Shown: positions 40,163-51,653 of the stretch, piece after piece | Layout: every line of letters starts with the position of its first letter | How positions within the stretch are numbered: the stretch's first letter is position 1 | Source of the DNA: Malacoraja senta | Taxonomy: Eukaryota | Direction: 5' to 3' | NCBI GenBank assembly: GCA_038087875.1 | Contig: CM075982.1 | Location: 23,002,001-23,066,000, forward strand | Length of the DNA stretch: 64,000 bases | Made by a program: the position numbers and the translations under genes | The notes under the pieces: model-generated | The model's input: only the letters and a program-made list of their open reading frames with translations | Told to the model about the DNA's origin: nothing | The model's database searches: none

Positions 40163-40582
40163 GACTTAGACTTAGACTTAGATTCCTTTATTGTCATTCA
40201 GACCTTTCGGTCTGAACGAAATTTCGTTGCCTGCAGTCATACATATAATAAATAACAAAACACACAATAAACACAAATTAACATCCACCACAGTGAGTTC
40301 ACCAGGCACCTCCTCACTGTGATGGAGGCAAAAATCTTAAAGTCTCTGTCTCTTCCCTCTTTGTTTTCCCTCTGCGCTGAGGCGATCCAGGCTTCTGATG
40401 TTGTGGCCCCGCCGGGTGATGGTAAGTCAGTCCCGCGGCTGAATCCGTGCTCCGTCCGCGACGGGCCGGTTCAAACTCCGCGGCCCGGGGTGGCCGAAGC
40501 TGCCGAAGCTGCCGCCCTCCAGTCCAGCGGACGCAGCTGTAGTTGCGGGAGCCCCAGAAAAGCAGGTCACCAACCTGTGACC
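40163..40582 (-). mobile_element. Young GC/CpG-rich non-LTR-derived element with Rex1/Babar-type 3' end
   Basis: Minus strand ends with the hairpin ttcagacc-gaaa-ggtctgaa, then 'tgacaataaagg' and a (TCTAAG)n tail. The 5' half is very CpG-rich. Confidence 0.6.
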
Positions 40583-41199
40583 TACATGGTAGTTTATGTG
40601 CAATACATTTGCAGTTAAGACAAGATCCTGGTTTAACTTTACATGATACTGAATGTGAAGAATTAGAGGTTTTCAAAATCACATTAGAAGTGACTTTATT
40701 GGATAAATATTGGTTTAAGTCCACGGCATCTGTAGCTTGACAACTGTCAGCAGAATCTGAACACTCCAGGTCAGATGATCAGCTTGGAGGTTCTCCAATG
40801 TAAACAATCAATACCAACAACTTGCATTTATGGGGCATCTTTGGAGTAACATTTCCCCGACATGTCAAAGGAGAGTCTTTAGGCAAAATCTGACAGTAAG
40901 CCATTAAGGGAGAGCATTCTCTCAGTGAGCCACCAACCTAGAGGAGAAGCTAGTACCAGGATGACCTGCTTCCTACTGTTAATGGCAGAGATATTAGAGC
41001 ACAGCAGCCGGCTCATTATACAGCCTTTCTTCAGTCACATGTCCCTATGTTTTTTCTCCACAATCATCCAAATTGTTAACTTTCAATATTATACAATTCC
41101 TTTTCGAAAGCTGCAATGGAATCTATGTCTTCCACATCTTCGGGTAGTGCATTCCAAGTCATAGCCATCTCTCCCTATGGTCTTTCCATATATCGGTTG

Positions 41200-42120
41200 A
41201 AGAAAAAAGCATCACATTTGCCTGTTGAATAGACTTATTGGCCTACCATGCTATCTTTACGGATCTGTGAATATACCTGTATATGAACTCCAAGTCCTTG
41301 AGTTCCCTCATGTCATGCATTCTCCTCTTGTCGAATACTCCCCTGCACTGCTGCACATCCTCAAATGCATTACCGCACACTTCTCTAGATTAAAATAAAT
41401 TTGCCATTTTTCTGCCCAACTAATGTGGTCGATCTGTGGTCCAGGTTTCCTCCTCACTGTCAATCACATGGCCAATTTTTGTAATTGTAAACTTCTTTAT
41501 CATGCTCCCATATTTTAGTCTAAATTAACATATTTCGAAAAGCAAGGGATCAAGTTCTAAGCCGCGTTGAACCCAGTGGCAGCTATCTGCTAATCACAAA
41601 AAATCCTGTAAATCATTACCTTCGAGCTCTGCCACTGAGCCAGCATCAGATCATTCTGCCACTCTCTCTTGGATCCCAACATTTTTGTTCAGTTTACCAC
41701 ATGGGATCTTGCCAAAGTTCATTTAGATTCAATTACATTGGCCTCTTTGCTCACTCCTGTTACTTTCTCCAAAAAAAAATCATACATGATAGTCAGATTT
41801 GACCTCCGAAAAAACCCATACTCTATATCCTCAAATCTTAATGAAGGTTTATACTCTCCCTCAGGATTGACTCCTATAATTTGTCCAAAGCCAAAATTAA
41901 GAAAACTAGTCTGTATTGCTTTTTATTCTCTTCCATGCTTTCGAAACAGCAACACAATGTTGGCAGTCCTCCAGTTTTCTGGCTTCACTCGTATAGCCAG
42001 AAAGGATTGAAAAATTATAGTCAGAATGTTTGCAATTTCCTCCTTTACCTCTTTTAACAGCCTGGGTTATATTTATCCAGTCCTGGTGGTTTGTCCACTT
42101 TCAAAAATGCAAAATTCCAG
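41200..42120 (-). mobile_element. Old CR1 RT fragment
   Basis: Degenerate antisense RT motifs around 41540-41720. Confidence 0.5.
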
Positions 42121-43182
42121 CAAATGTTGTCCCTTCTCCATGTTTATGGCAGCTAGTTTTCACACCCTGCGTCCTTAACTACATCATTGATATTGTTCCC
42201 ATAGCCAATTTCTCATCCATGCTATCGGTCATCCTTTTATTTTAGTCACCATGGATTAAAACAGTCAGTGTTAGCAACGATATTTTTAATAATCGGCCTT
42301 TTATATGGGACTTTGAAAAACCTTGAAACTTCATTTATCAATAATATCACTTCATCAAAAAATATTCAGTCGGGTTAGTTGAACACAACGTTTGCTTTTA
42401 ACAAGCTGGCTCCCCTGTATTAATTCAGACTTCCCCATTAATTTGCTTTGCATATTCTTGTTCCTAATGGATCTCCTGCCACCTGACAGTGCTGCAGTTG
42501 CTGAACGTGTCCTTGCAGTCTTGTTTGAATGCAGCCCTGTCTGAACTGGATACGACATGTGATTTACTAGTTCTCTGACATCACACGAAAGAGGACACCA
42601 AGATTATGGCTACCCCTAGTTTGCCTTTAATTCTCTCTCAGCAAAGTGTGCTGCATCCTTTCAAACTGGCTGACATCTTCCTTAAACATAGCCATTGTTC
42701 CTTTCCCATTTCCATATCAATTTCCACGTATTTTATTATTTTTACTACCTTCCTTTTTGGCAAGAATTAGGCAACTTCCTTTCCTTTAGTAAGTACAGAC
42801 ACAAAACATTCTATAGGTATTTTGACCAAGCATTTTTATTCTACATTTATTCAGCTTATCAGCTTTAGGTTAGTTATGATATTGTGAGCAGAGGGCAAAC
42901 AATTAAAAAAAAATGTGAACATGATTATTCCAAAAATAATAAACACAAGGTTCATGAGAAAAAAAATATCCATATGTTGCCCTTAAATTTGATAAACATC
43001 GCAAAATGCTTTTACAAATGTATGGGGAGAAAATTGATATGGGGCCTAACGCATTAGAAGTTGCTCACCAAAAGCTTCTTATTCTCCAGAGATCTGCTGA
43101 GTACAACTTCATTTAGGCTGCTTAGGCATGACAGTAAAATCGGTGCAAGAGGTTCGGAAGGGTGGAGATTACATTTTCAGTT

Positions 43183-43950
43183 TTAGTTTAATTTCAAAGA
43201 TGCAGCATGGAAACAGGCCCTTTGGTCCATCGAGTCCATGCCGACCATTGATCAGTCTTTCACACTGTGATACAGTCATAAAACATGGAAACAGGCCCTT
43301 TGGTCCAAATTTCCCATGCCGACCAAGATGCCCCATTTACGCTAGTCCCACCTGCCTGGGTTTAGCCCATATCCTTCTAAACCTTTCCTATCCATGTACC
43401 TGTCCAAACATCTTTTAAATGTTGTTATACTACCTGCCTAAAGTACCTCATCTGGCAACTCTTTCCATCTACCCAACACCCTCTGTATTAAAAAGTTGCT
43501 CTCAGGCTCCTATTAAATCTTTCCATTCTCACAAATCTATCTCCTCTCGTACTTGATTCCCCTGCGCTCTCGGGAAAAAACTGTGCCCTCTGTTCACCCT
43601 CTCTGTTCCCCTCATTATTTTATATATCTCTATAAGATATCCCCTCAGCCTCCAGTGCTCCAAGGAATAAATTCTGCTTAACCTCTCCCTCCAGTTCAGG
43701 CCCTCAGGTCCTGGCATCATCTTCGTTCTATCTTATCCCACTTTATCATCCACTCCCTACATATTAAGGGCAATTTAACAGAGGACAATTATCATACAAA
43801 TCCTCACATCTTTGGGATGTGGGAGACAACCGGAGCACCCGGTCACAGGGAGAAAGTACAAACTCCACAGAGATGGCACCAGAGGTCAGGATCTAACGTG
43901 GATCTTTTGAGCAGTGGGCAGCTGCTCTACCAGCTGCGCCACTGTGCCAC
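43183..43950 (-). mobile_element. V-SINE split by a CR1 3' fragment (CR1 ~43265-43723)
   Basis: SINE tail at 43183-43262 and SINE body at 43724-43950. The intervening CR1 encodes a GLNWRERL...YSLEHWRLRGYLIEIYKIMRG-like C-terminus. Confidence 0.75.
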
Positions 43951-44712
43951 AAAAATGTTGATGAAACATCTCTGTCAATGATTCACCTGAACATAAGATT
44001 CTTTCGTCAAATTTCCAAGGATATTTTAGCAAATGGAATCTGTTCTGTGCTAACATTTTATGTCTGAGCTTTCAGATGAAACAGTAACCAGAAATCCTAT
44101 TTGCCCTATCGCATAGTTGTAAAAATCTCATTATTTCCTGAAAGCTAATGAATTCTCCGAAGTGTCCAGGTCAACATTTATCCCCCAACCCAAATCACCA
44201 AAAACAATATTATATTGCTCTCAGTGGAACTTGCTGTGTACAAGATCATCCTCACTTTCCTATCTTACTGCAGTAAATGGTTGTGAAGTACTTCGGGGAA
44301 TGAATACCGATATATCTTTCAAAAGATGTGAAAGATAAAGGGCATCTTAGGTAAGAAATGTGGAGAAAATGAAATACAAAAATAGTAATAAACTTGAGGC
44401 GTTGAGGGCGAATGAACAGAGTTTTTTTACCTGGAGAACAGGGAAATCAAGAACTAGAGGAGATAGGTTTAAGATGGGAGTGAAAAGATTTAATAGGAGC
44501 CTGAGAGCAACTTTTTCATACAGAGGGTGGTGGGTATATGGAACGAGCTACCAGAGCAGTATTTACAGTATACAATTTATATTTATACATTGGTACAAGG
44601 GGCAAACAAGCTACTGATGTTGACATTCATGGAGGATTGATGCTGGCAGGTTGGTGAGGGCAGCAGTAGTATCCACATATTGGGCTGGGGATTTCTGTAA
44701 CAAAGAGAGTTA

Positions 44713-45249
44713 AGGGCCTGTCCCACTTAGGCTACTTTTTAGGCAACTAGGCTGTCGCCAAATGGTCGCTGGGGTGTCGCCTGTATAGTCGTGAGTAGTC
44801 TCCTCAGTAGCCCAAAGAGTCATAGCGTCTTTCTGGTTGCCACTGGATTTTTAACATGTTCAAAATATTTTGGCGACAGTGAATTGATGCCAATGAGCGT
44901 AGCTTGACTTCTCCTGATGTAGGTGCTGTCGTAGGTTGTCGCTAGGTGATGTAGGTTGTCGCCGGTGCTGACTTTGGTGAATTCCATTGGCGACTACCTA
45001 CGGGCGACTGAATTGTCTTCAGTTGTCGCCGGCAGGGTCGTAGCTTGTCGTAGCTTGTCGCGGGTGGACGTAGTTTGACTTCGGTTGTCGTAGGTTGTCG
45101 CCTGTGTGGTCGTAGGTTGTCGTAGGTTGTTGTAGGTTGTCGTAGACATTGTCGTGGGGAGGGTTCAGTCGCCGGTTTTTCGGCGACCTGCTACGACTAT
45201 GATAGTCACCGGCAGTCGCCTAAAAAATCACCTATGAGGGACAGGCCCT
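44713..45249. mobile_element. Non-autonomous DNA transposon (PIF/Harbinger-like MITE)
   Basis: Terminal inverted repeats agggcctgtcccacttaggctactttttaggcaact / agtcgcctaaaaaatcacctatgagggacaggccct. Left flank is TTA/TAA. Contains many internal (t)gtcgtaggt / gtcgcc repeats and is CpG-rich. Confidence 0.75.
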
Positions 45250-45263
45250 TTGGGTTACATATT

Positions 45264-45607
45264 AAGTTTAGAAGAATGAGGGGGGACCTCATTGAAATGT
45301 ACCAAATAGTGAATGGCTTGGATAGAGTGGATGTGGAAAGGATGTTTCCACTGGAGGTAGAGTCTAGGACTAGAGGTCATAGCCTCAGAATTAAAGGATG
45401 TTCCTTTAGGAAGGAGATGAGGAGGAATTTCTTTAGTCAGAGGGTGGTGAATCAGTGGAATTATTTGCCACAGAAGACTGTGGAGGCAGTCAATTGATAT
45501 TTTAAAGTATAGATAGCTAGATTCTTGATTGGTATGGGTGTCAGTGGTTATGGGGGAGAAGGTAGGTGAATGAGGTTAGGCGGGAGAGATAGATCAGCCA
45601 CGATTGA
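45264..45607 (+). mobile_element. CR1 LINE 3' end
   Basis: ORF 45234..45497 FRRMRGDLIEMYQIVNGLDRVDVERMFPL...RGHSLRIKG...RRNFFSQRVVNQWN. Confidence 0.9.
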
Positions 45608-46107
45608 AGAGAGTTATGCTCAAGCAGACTTAGAGGCAGGTAATGTTAGGGAGATGAATGCATGCAGCTTTTGTGAAGGAGAGAATATTGGATCAGATAT
45701 GCTTGGGACTAAATGAGTTGGTGAAGATCTGGATTCGGCTAAGACACTGGTCAAGAAAAAGAAATCCTTGGTCAAGTTATGAAATACATGAATAGAAACA
45801 GGGACAACGGGTTCAGTTTACCCAAATTAACGAGGGAAATTATAATTTATACACAATTGAAAATCCAAAAGCACATGGGTGAGATAATTGGAAGTGGAGG
45901 GAAATGTCTTTGGTGTACATGCAGATGCCCCCCCTTAGATGATAGATATCTTCATATTGTCCCCTAATGATGGTTCAAAGTAGCCTTAAACCAGCTCACT
46001 GAGATTCATCCCAGCAGGGCGCATTTACTCGTTTTGCTTGCATTTGCGTGCACTTGGTGGATGAACCCCAAGTGATCAGCAACTCATTAACTGAAGCATT
46101 GCTTTAC

Positions 46108-46121
46108 GCACCACCTTGTGG
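46108..46121 (-). promoter_or_regulatory. Candidate CTCF site
   Basis: Minus strand CCACAAGGTGGTGC, two mismatches to the core consensus, in unique sequence. Confidence 0.3.
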
Positions 46122-47084
46122 CACTGAATACTGAGACCTTCATCTAAAGAAGCCCAAATTGATCACTGATTGATCACTGATTGAGCAGAAGAAAATAATC
46201 AACCAGGAATCCTGACACCACAAATCACAAGGACAGGATTTATCTCAGTACTGATAGCTACCAGTATCAACCAGCAACTATAGCCTGGACCTATACATGA
46301 AAGTAAGACTATTTAGCGAGTTAGTGGAAAGCCGATAGCAGCCTGACACCATTAACCTTGATGTTTAAGGTGGAGGGCAAGGTGGGAGGAGAGATGATGG
46401 AATCTCCCGTTCGACCCTAACCTGAATACAAATACGTTTTTTTCCCCCATCAAATTTCAAAGGAGACTTTAATAAATGAGAATGGCTCTGTCCTGACATT
46501 ACACAGTGCAGCTCAATCTCAAGCTGACTGCGAGGACTCTCTAATCTCTTGTGATTTATGGTGGGCTCTTCCTGCATCTCTGTGTTTCGGGAGGGCTGCA
46601 TGTGTTCAGAGACTGGCTGGCGTCCGCACTCACTCTGGCAGCTCCTGCTGCTCTACCTCCACATTGATTTACTTAACTCCTAGCGAGGTTGGATCTTAAA
46701 ATAACGTACAGTTAAATTGCATTAAAACATCATTATTTTTTTGGAAACATTCTCATCTGGTATTAATGTTACTCTTCTTAATTGCATACACAAAGAATAT
46801 TCAAAATGTTGGGCTTCAAATCCGGACCCAGAGTCAATGTTTGAAAACAAGTTTGGAGACCCCCCTTGCCACTTTCCCACCTCTCACCTTCTCCCCCAAA
46901 TACTCTACCCTCACTGTCCTTTGTCCTCCACCTGTGCAGTTTATTTTTTTTTAATGATTATAAAACTGGGAATTGTTAGACAAGTGCCGTGATGGGATTT
47001 ATGGAACACAAGCATACAGAAACCTGGGTCTATGCATGCACAAATACATAGTGTGAGCGCACACATAACATTTTCTACGGTCCA

Positions 47085-47335
47085 GATCTGACATTAAATG
47101 GAAGCCCCGTTTGCCCCCTCATGTGGCACCACTTCAAAGAACAGCTGGGAGTTCTCCTCGATGTTCTGGTCCGATATTTATTTCTGAACATTAATAAATA
47201 CATTATCTGATCACTGTAGCTGTTCAAAGCTTGTGTGAAAAGTGGTCCCACTTGACAGTAACGATTACGCTGAAAAAAGTACGATAGGTCATTTTGAGGT
47301 TGCAGAAGGCGCTGTGTAAATGCATCTTTCCTTCT
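47085..47335 (+). mobile_element. Old Deu-domain SINE fragment
   Basis: 'aagccccgtttgccccctcatgtgg...gggagttctcctcgatgttctggtccgatattta...aaggcgctgtgtaaatgcatctttc'. Confidence 0.55.
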
Positions 47336-49679
47336 TGTGCCTCGACACGAACAGTTTGTTTTTAGATCATTTACGCTTCGCACTTGAGGGGGGGAAGGGG
47401 GCGAGGCTTCAGGTTGGAGTTGTGTTGTTTCTACAGCCTCTCTCTCCAAGGTGGTCAGTCACTTGGCTATCTTCCCACTAAAGGGGAGGAGTTGAACTTG
47501 TCCGGTTACCTTTTTCCATTCTAAGTGCACGCACATGCACATTTGACGGCAGAAGCCACAGGACGCTGATCAACAGCAGGACCGCTGGCATATTTTCTCC
47601 TCCCCCTCACTCATGGTTGCCGAGACTAGCTGTGACACTCAAGTGGTGGGCTTCTGGGATTAGCTGACACAGTACAGATCGGAGCAACCCTGGTGCCATG
47701 AGTTTTGTTTTATTGCTTAGATCTGTCATTTATCTAGATGTCTTTTAAAGTCCTTCAATAAAGTGCCACATAATAGATTAATGAACAGGGTCAGAGCGTA
47801 CAGAGTTACAGGAGAAGCAGCAGAATGCTCAGCTGGCTGGCTTCAAAACACAAAGTGCAGAAGATGGAAATTGGGAGCCCACGAAGATCTCACCTGAGAA
47901 CACCATAGTTTCAGTTTGTATTAACAAGTTAGATTTAGTAACCAATAACACAATTTTTTAATTTGAGCATGATATCAAATTGGGAGAAACTATCATATGG
48001 CATATTATGATAAACTATATGGAGACATCAATAAACTTCCAGAATGAGCAAATGAATTTCAATCAACCAAATATGAGGAATTACATTTTAGCAATGAAAG
48101 CAAGGAGGTCACATATAACTTGGCACGTGGAATTAAAATGGGAACAGTCTTTAAAATTTCCACTTGTGAGAAAAATAAAAAAAAATAGTGATAATAAGAT
48201 ATGAATTGGAATGGTTTAGAGGTTTATGAGTCAAATGCGGGAAAATGGGACTAACGTTGATGGGCATCTTGGCTAGCATGAATGAGTTGTGCAGAAGGGC
48301 ATGTTTTTGTGCTGTACGACTATAGCAGATCAAGTAGGAAAGGCCTAGCGTTGTGAAAACATGGCATCCCACAGGGAATGCTTGGGGCAAATACTGTACC
48401 TACAGTTATCCACTCTCTGAGGATTGATAAATATGTGAAAGACGGAAAAGAGAGTTATGCTGATATGGATCAGGAGGCTGAAGTAATACATGATTGTCAG
48501 CACGGACAAGTTGGAGTGAACGGCCTGTCTGTCTGCTGCATATTCCATGTAATTCAATCCCAGGTAGACACAGATCAGAATTTGGAACAGATGAAAGAGA
48601 CTAGAAGGTTTGCAATTCCATAATTAAATAAGAGGCGCAGTATTCAATGCTGCTAAACCGAATGGAAACTCTGAGATCCAACAGCCTAACTACAGTCAAT
48701 TTACAAATACTTGACCTCTGTACACAAAATTGTAGAGAACCTTTCCTTTTTGGGGGAATAAGACAATAAGAAACAGATGTTGCCTGATTAAAGACATGCA
48801 GATAGTGAGTGGACTAGTGCTTATATCAGTTTACATATTGTTTTTTAGTGAGCAGCTTTCTCGCTCTCAGTTACACTGACAATCCATATATTAAGTCATA
48901 ACATGCCCCTCCCTAGGGAGCTGTTATAGACCTGCATCTTACATTCAATCAACTACACTAATAGTGACAAGCCAGTCAGCAGATGGGCTATCTGCTGGTG
49001 AAGGCTATGTAAACGTTGGACCGATAAGAAACAGAAGCAGAAGTGCGCCATTCAGCCCTTTGTGCCTCGTCTGCCATTCATTAAAATTAAGGCCAACCTC
49101 TTCGCCACTTTCCTGCACTAACCCCATATCTCTTCATTCTCTTAATATCTAAACATCTATTGCTCTTTGTTTGAACATACTCAACGACAAAGCATCCACA
49201 GCCCCCACGGGTAGAGAATTCCGAAGATTTATTGCCCTCTCTTGTGAAGAAATTTCCTCTCATCCCTGACTTGAATGGCTTTGGTTGTAAAGTGCTTTAA
49301 AACATCCTGAACTCACTTTGGAAATACAAGTTCCGTCATTATATTCTTCCCCCAATAATGGCTTGAGTGGCTTTTTACGTGGAATGTTCTAAAATTTGTT
49401 CATCACGGGGAGGGACAGATGGAATCATCGCTACTTTAAAGAATCCTTTTCGGGAAAGCTTTCTTCTTGCACTGCCTCCCTCTTCTAAAATGTTCCTTCT
49501 ATTTGATCAGTTTAAGCAATTTGGGAAGAGCAGCTGTCTGTTCCTTGGGTGGACAAGTAACATGCAACGGCACTGTGCTGAAGAGGAATGAGGGAGTTCC
49601 TTCAATATACAGCTTCAAAGAAAAAATCATCAGGTTATTTATCTCTCTCCACAGATGTTGGCTGCCCCACTGAGTATCT

Positions 49680-50046
49680 AGAGTCATACAGCACGAAAAA
49701 AAGGTCCTTGGGTTCATTGAGTTCACGCCAACCATCAGCACCCATTTTCATTAATCCCACATTCAGCCCATTTTTATTCTCGATCCAGATTTTGCCCATC
49801 ACCTCCACATGAGGGACAATTTACAGTGGCCAATATACAGAACATGCCATATAGAGAACAATGGTCAATTGCACTACTATCCTGCACTCCTTTGGGATGT
49901 GGGAGGATACCGGAGCACCCAGAGGAAACCCGCACTGTCTTCGGGAGAATACGCAAACTCCACACAGACAGCACCGGAGGGCGGGATTGTACCTGGTACT
50001 CTGGTACTGTGACGGAGTGGCTCTTCTGGCTGCACCACTGTGCCAC
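49680..50046 (-). mobile_element. V-SINE (HE1-like)
   Basis: Antisense V-domain and head ending 'ctgcaccactgtgccac'. Confidence 0.75.
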
Positions 50047-50296
50047 TCAATTCACCAATGTGCCTTCTGTTTTATTTCACTGGGATTTGCAGGATCTTGT
50101 TGTGGTTAAATGACTGCCACATTTCCTACATTACATCAACATCTGCAAAACTTTTTTTAAGTGATTCCTTTAACGTTATATGGTTATGTACGACACATGG
50201 GCTTAACAGTGCATTCAACATCCCAAAGTCAGTAGAGAAATTCAAGTTTCCTCTTTACATTCTTATTCCAATACAAGCTAGAGTGGTTCTCTACCT

Positions 50297-50497
50297 GTGT
50301 AGGAAGGAACTGCAGATGCTGGTTTACACCAAAGATAGACACAAAATACTGGATTAGCTCAGTGGGACAGGCAGCATCTCTGGAGAGAAGGAATGGGTGA
50401 TGTTTCGCGTCGAGACCCTTCTTCAGTCTGAAGAAGAGTCTCGACCCGAAACGTCACCCATTCCTTCCCTTCAGAGAGGCTGCCTGTCCCGCTGAGT
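50297..50497. mobile_element. Palindromic Penelope-terminus-derived short element with back-to-back hammerhead cores
   Basis: Inverted arms centred on ttcttcag-t-ctgaagaa (~50419-50435). Plus-strand core CTGAAGA 50428-34 ... GAAAC-GTC 50448-55. Confidence 0.7.
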
Positions 50498-50871
50498 GGT
50501 TCTCTGCCTGACATGTTCTGCACATTAACACGTTGAGCACAGAAACAGGGCCTTTGGCTCAACTCGTCCATACCAACCAAGATTCCCCTCAAAGCCTGTC
50601 CTATATGCCTGGCTTTGCCTCTTATCCCTCTGAACCTTTCCTATTCATGTACATGTCCAAGTGTCTTTTAAATGTTTCATTATCTGTCTCAACTACCACC
50701 CCTGACAACTCGTTCCATATACCCACCACCCTCTGAATGACAAAGTCTCCCCTCAGATTTTTATTAAATCCTCCCTCTCACCTTAAACTTATGTCCCTCC
50801 GGTTCTTGATTCCCCAATTTTGGGGAAAAGACTGTGCATTCACCCTATGTATTTCTCTCATTATTTTATAT

Positions 50872-51172
50872 CTCATCTTGTATGTATGTATGTTCCCGAA
50901 ATACAGCCAAAACGGTACACGATAGTGCAACAATTTTAGCGGCGCCTTACTCACCATTCGCCTGCGGTGTGCAGTATCAAGTTTTGTTATATTTTTAAAA
51001 GTAAATCACTTTAAAGACTTCAATTAACTTTATACTCTGAACGGGACGAGTTTCAAAGCGGCAGTCGTGCCTGCGCCGTTCAGGGAGGTTTGTCGGGCCC
51101 AGCGCCATTTTCAGATCACCATTTTGATTAACTTGACTGGCGTCACAACGGGGAACCAACGGGTCATCTACT
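50872..51172 (+). mobile_element. Possible non-autonomous Helitron-like insertion within a CR1 fragment
   Basis: A CpG-rich foreign segment splits a minus-strand CR1 tail. It has a (TATG)n microsatellite near the 5' end and ends '...acgggtcatcta'. There are no TIRs and no obvious TSD. Confidence 0.4.
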
Positions 51173-51371
51173 ATCTCATAAAACCATCCCTCAGCACGCA
51201 GTACAACGAATAAAGTTCTATCCTGCCAGCCTCTTACTATAGCTTAGGCCCTTGAGTCCAGGCAACATCCTTGTGAATCCTCTCTGCACTCTTTCCAGCT
51301 TAATGACATCCTTCTTATTGCAGGGTGACATTGGAGCTACTGAAATGGGTAGCTGGGGAAGCACATAACCT

Positions 51372-51653
51372 TTGTTCAGCAATACGCTGACCATCGAGCA
51401 CCCATTCACAAGAGTTCTATGTTATCCCACATCCTCATCCACTCCCTACACACAATGGGCAATTTACAGAGGCCAAGGAATCTACAAACCCGCACATCTT
51501 TGGGATGTGGGAGGAAGCCAGAGCAACCGGTGGAAACTCACGTGGTCACAGGGAGCATATGCAAACTACATACAGACAGCACCCAAGGTCAGGATTGAAC
51601 TTGGGTCTGTGTCACTGTGAGGCAGCAATTCTACCAGCTGTGCCCTTGTGCCG
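51372..51653 (-). mobile_element. V-SINE (HE1-like)
   Basis: Antisense V-domain and head. Confidence 0.75.

Noticed and set aside
44920-45160. Short repeated units resembling a CRISPR-like array
   Set aside because: No constant repeat with unique spacers; eukaryotic MITE internal repeats.
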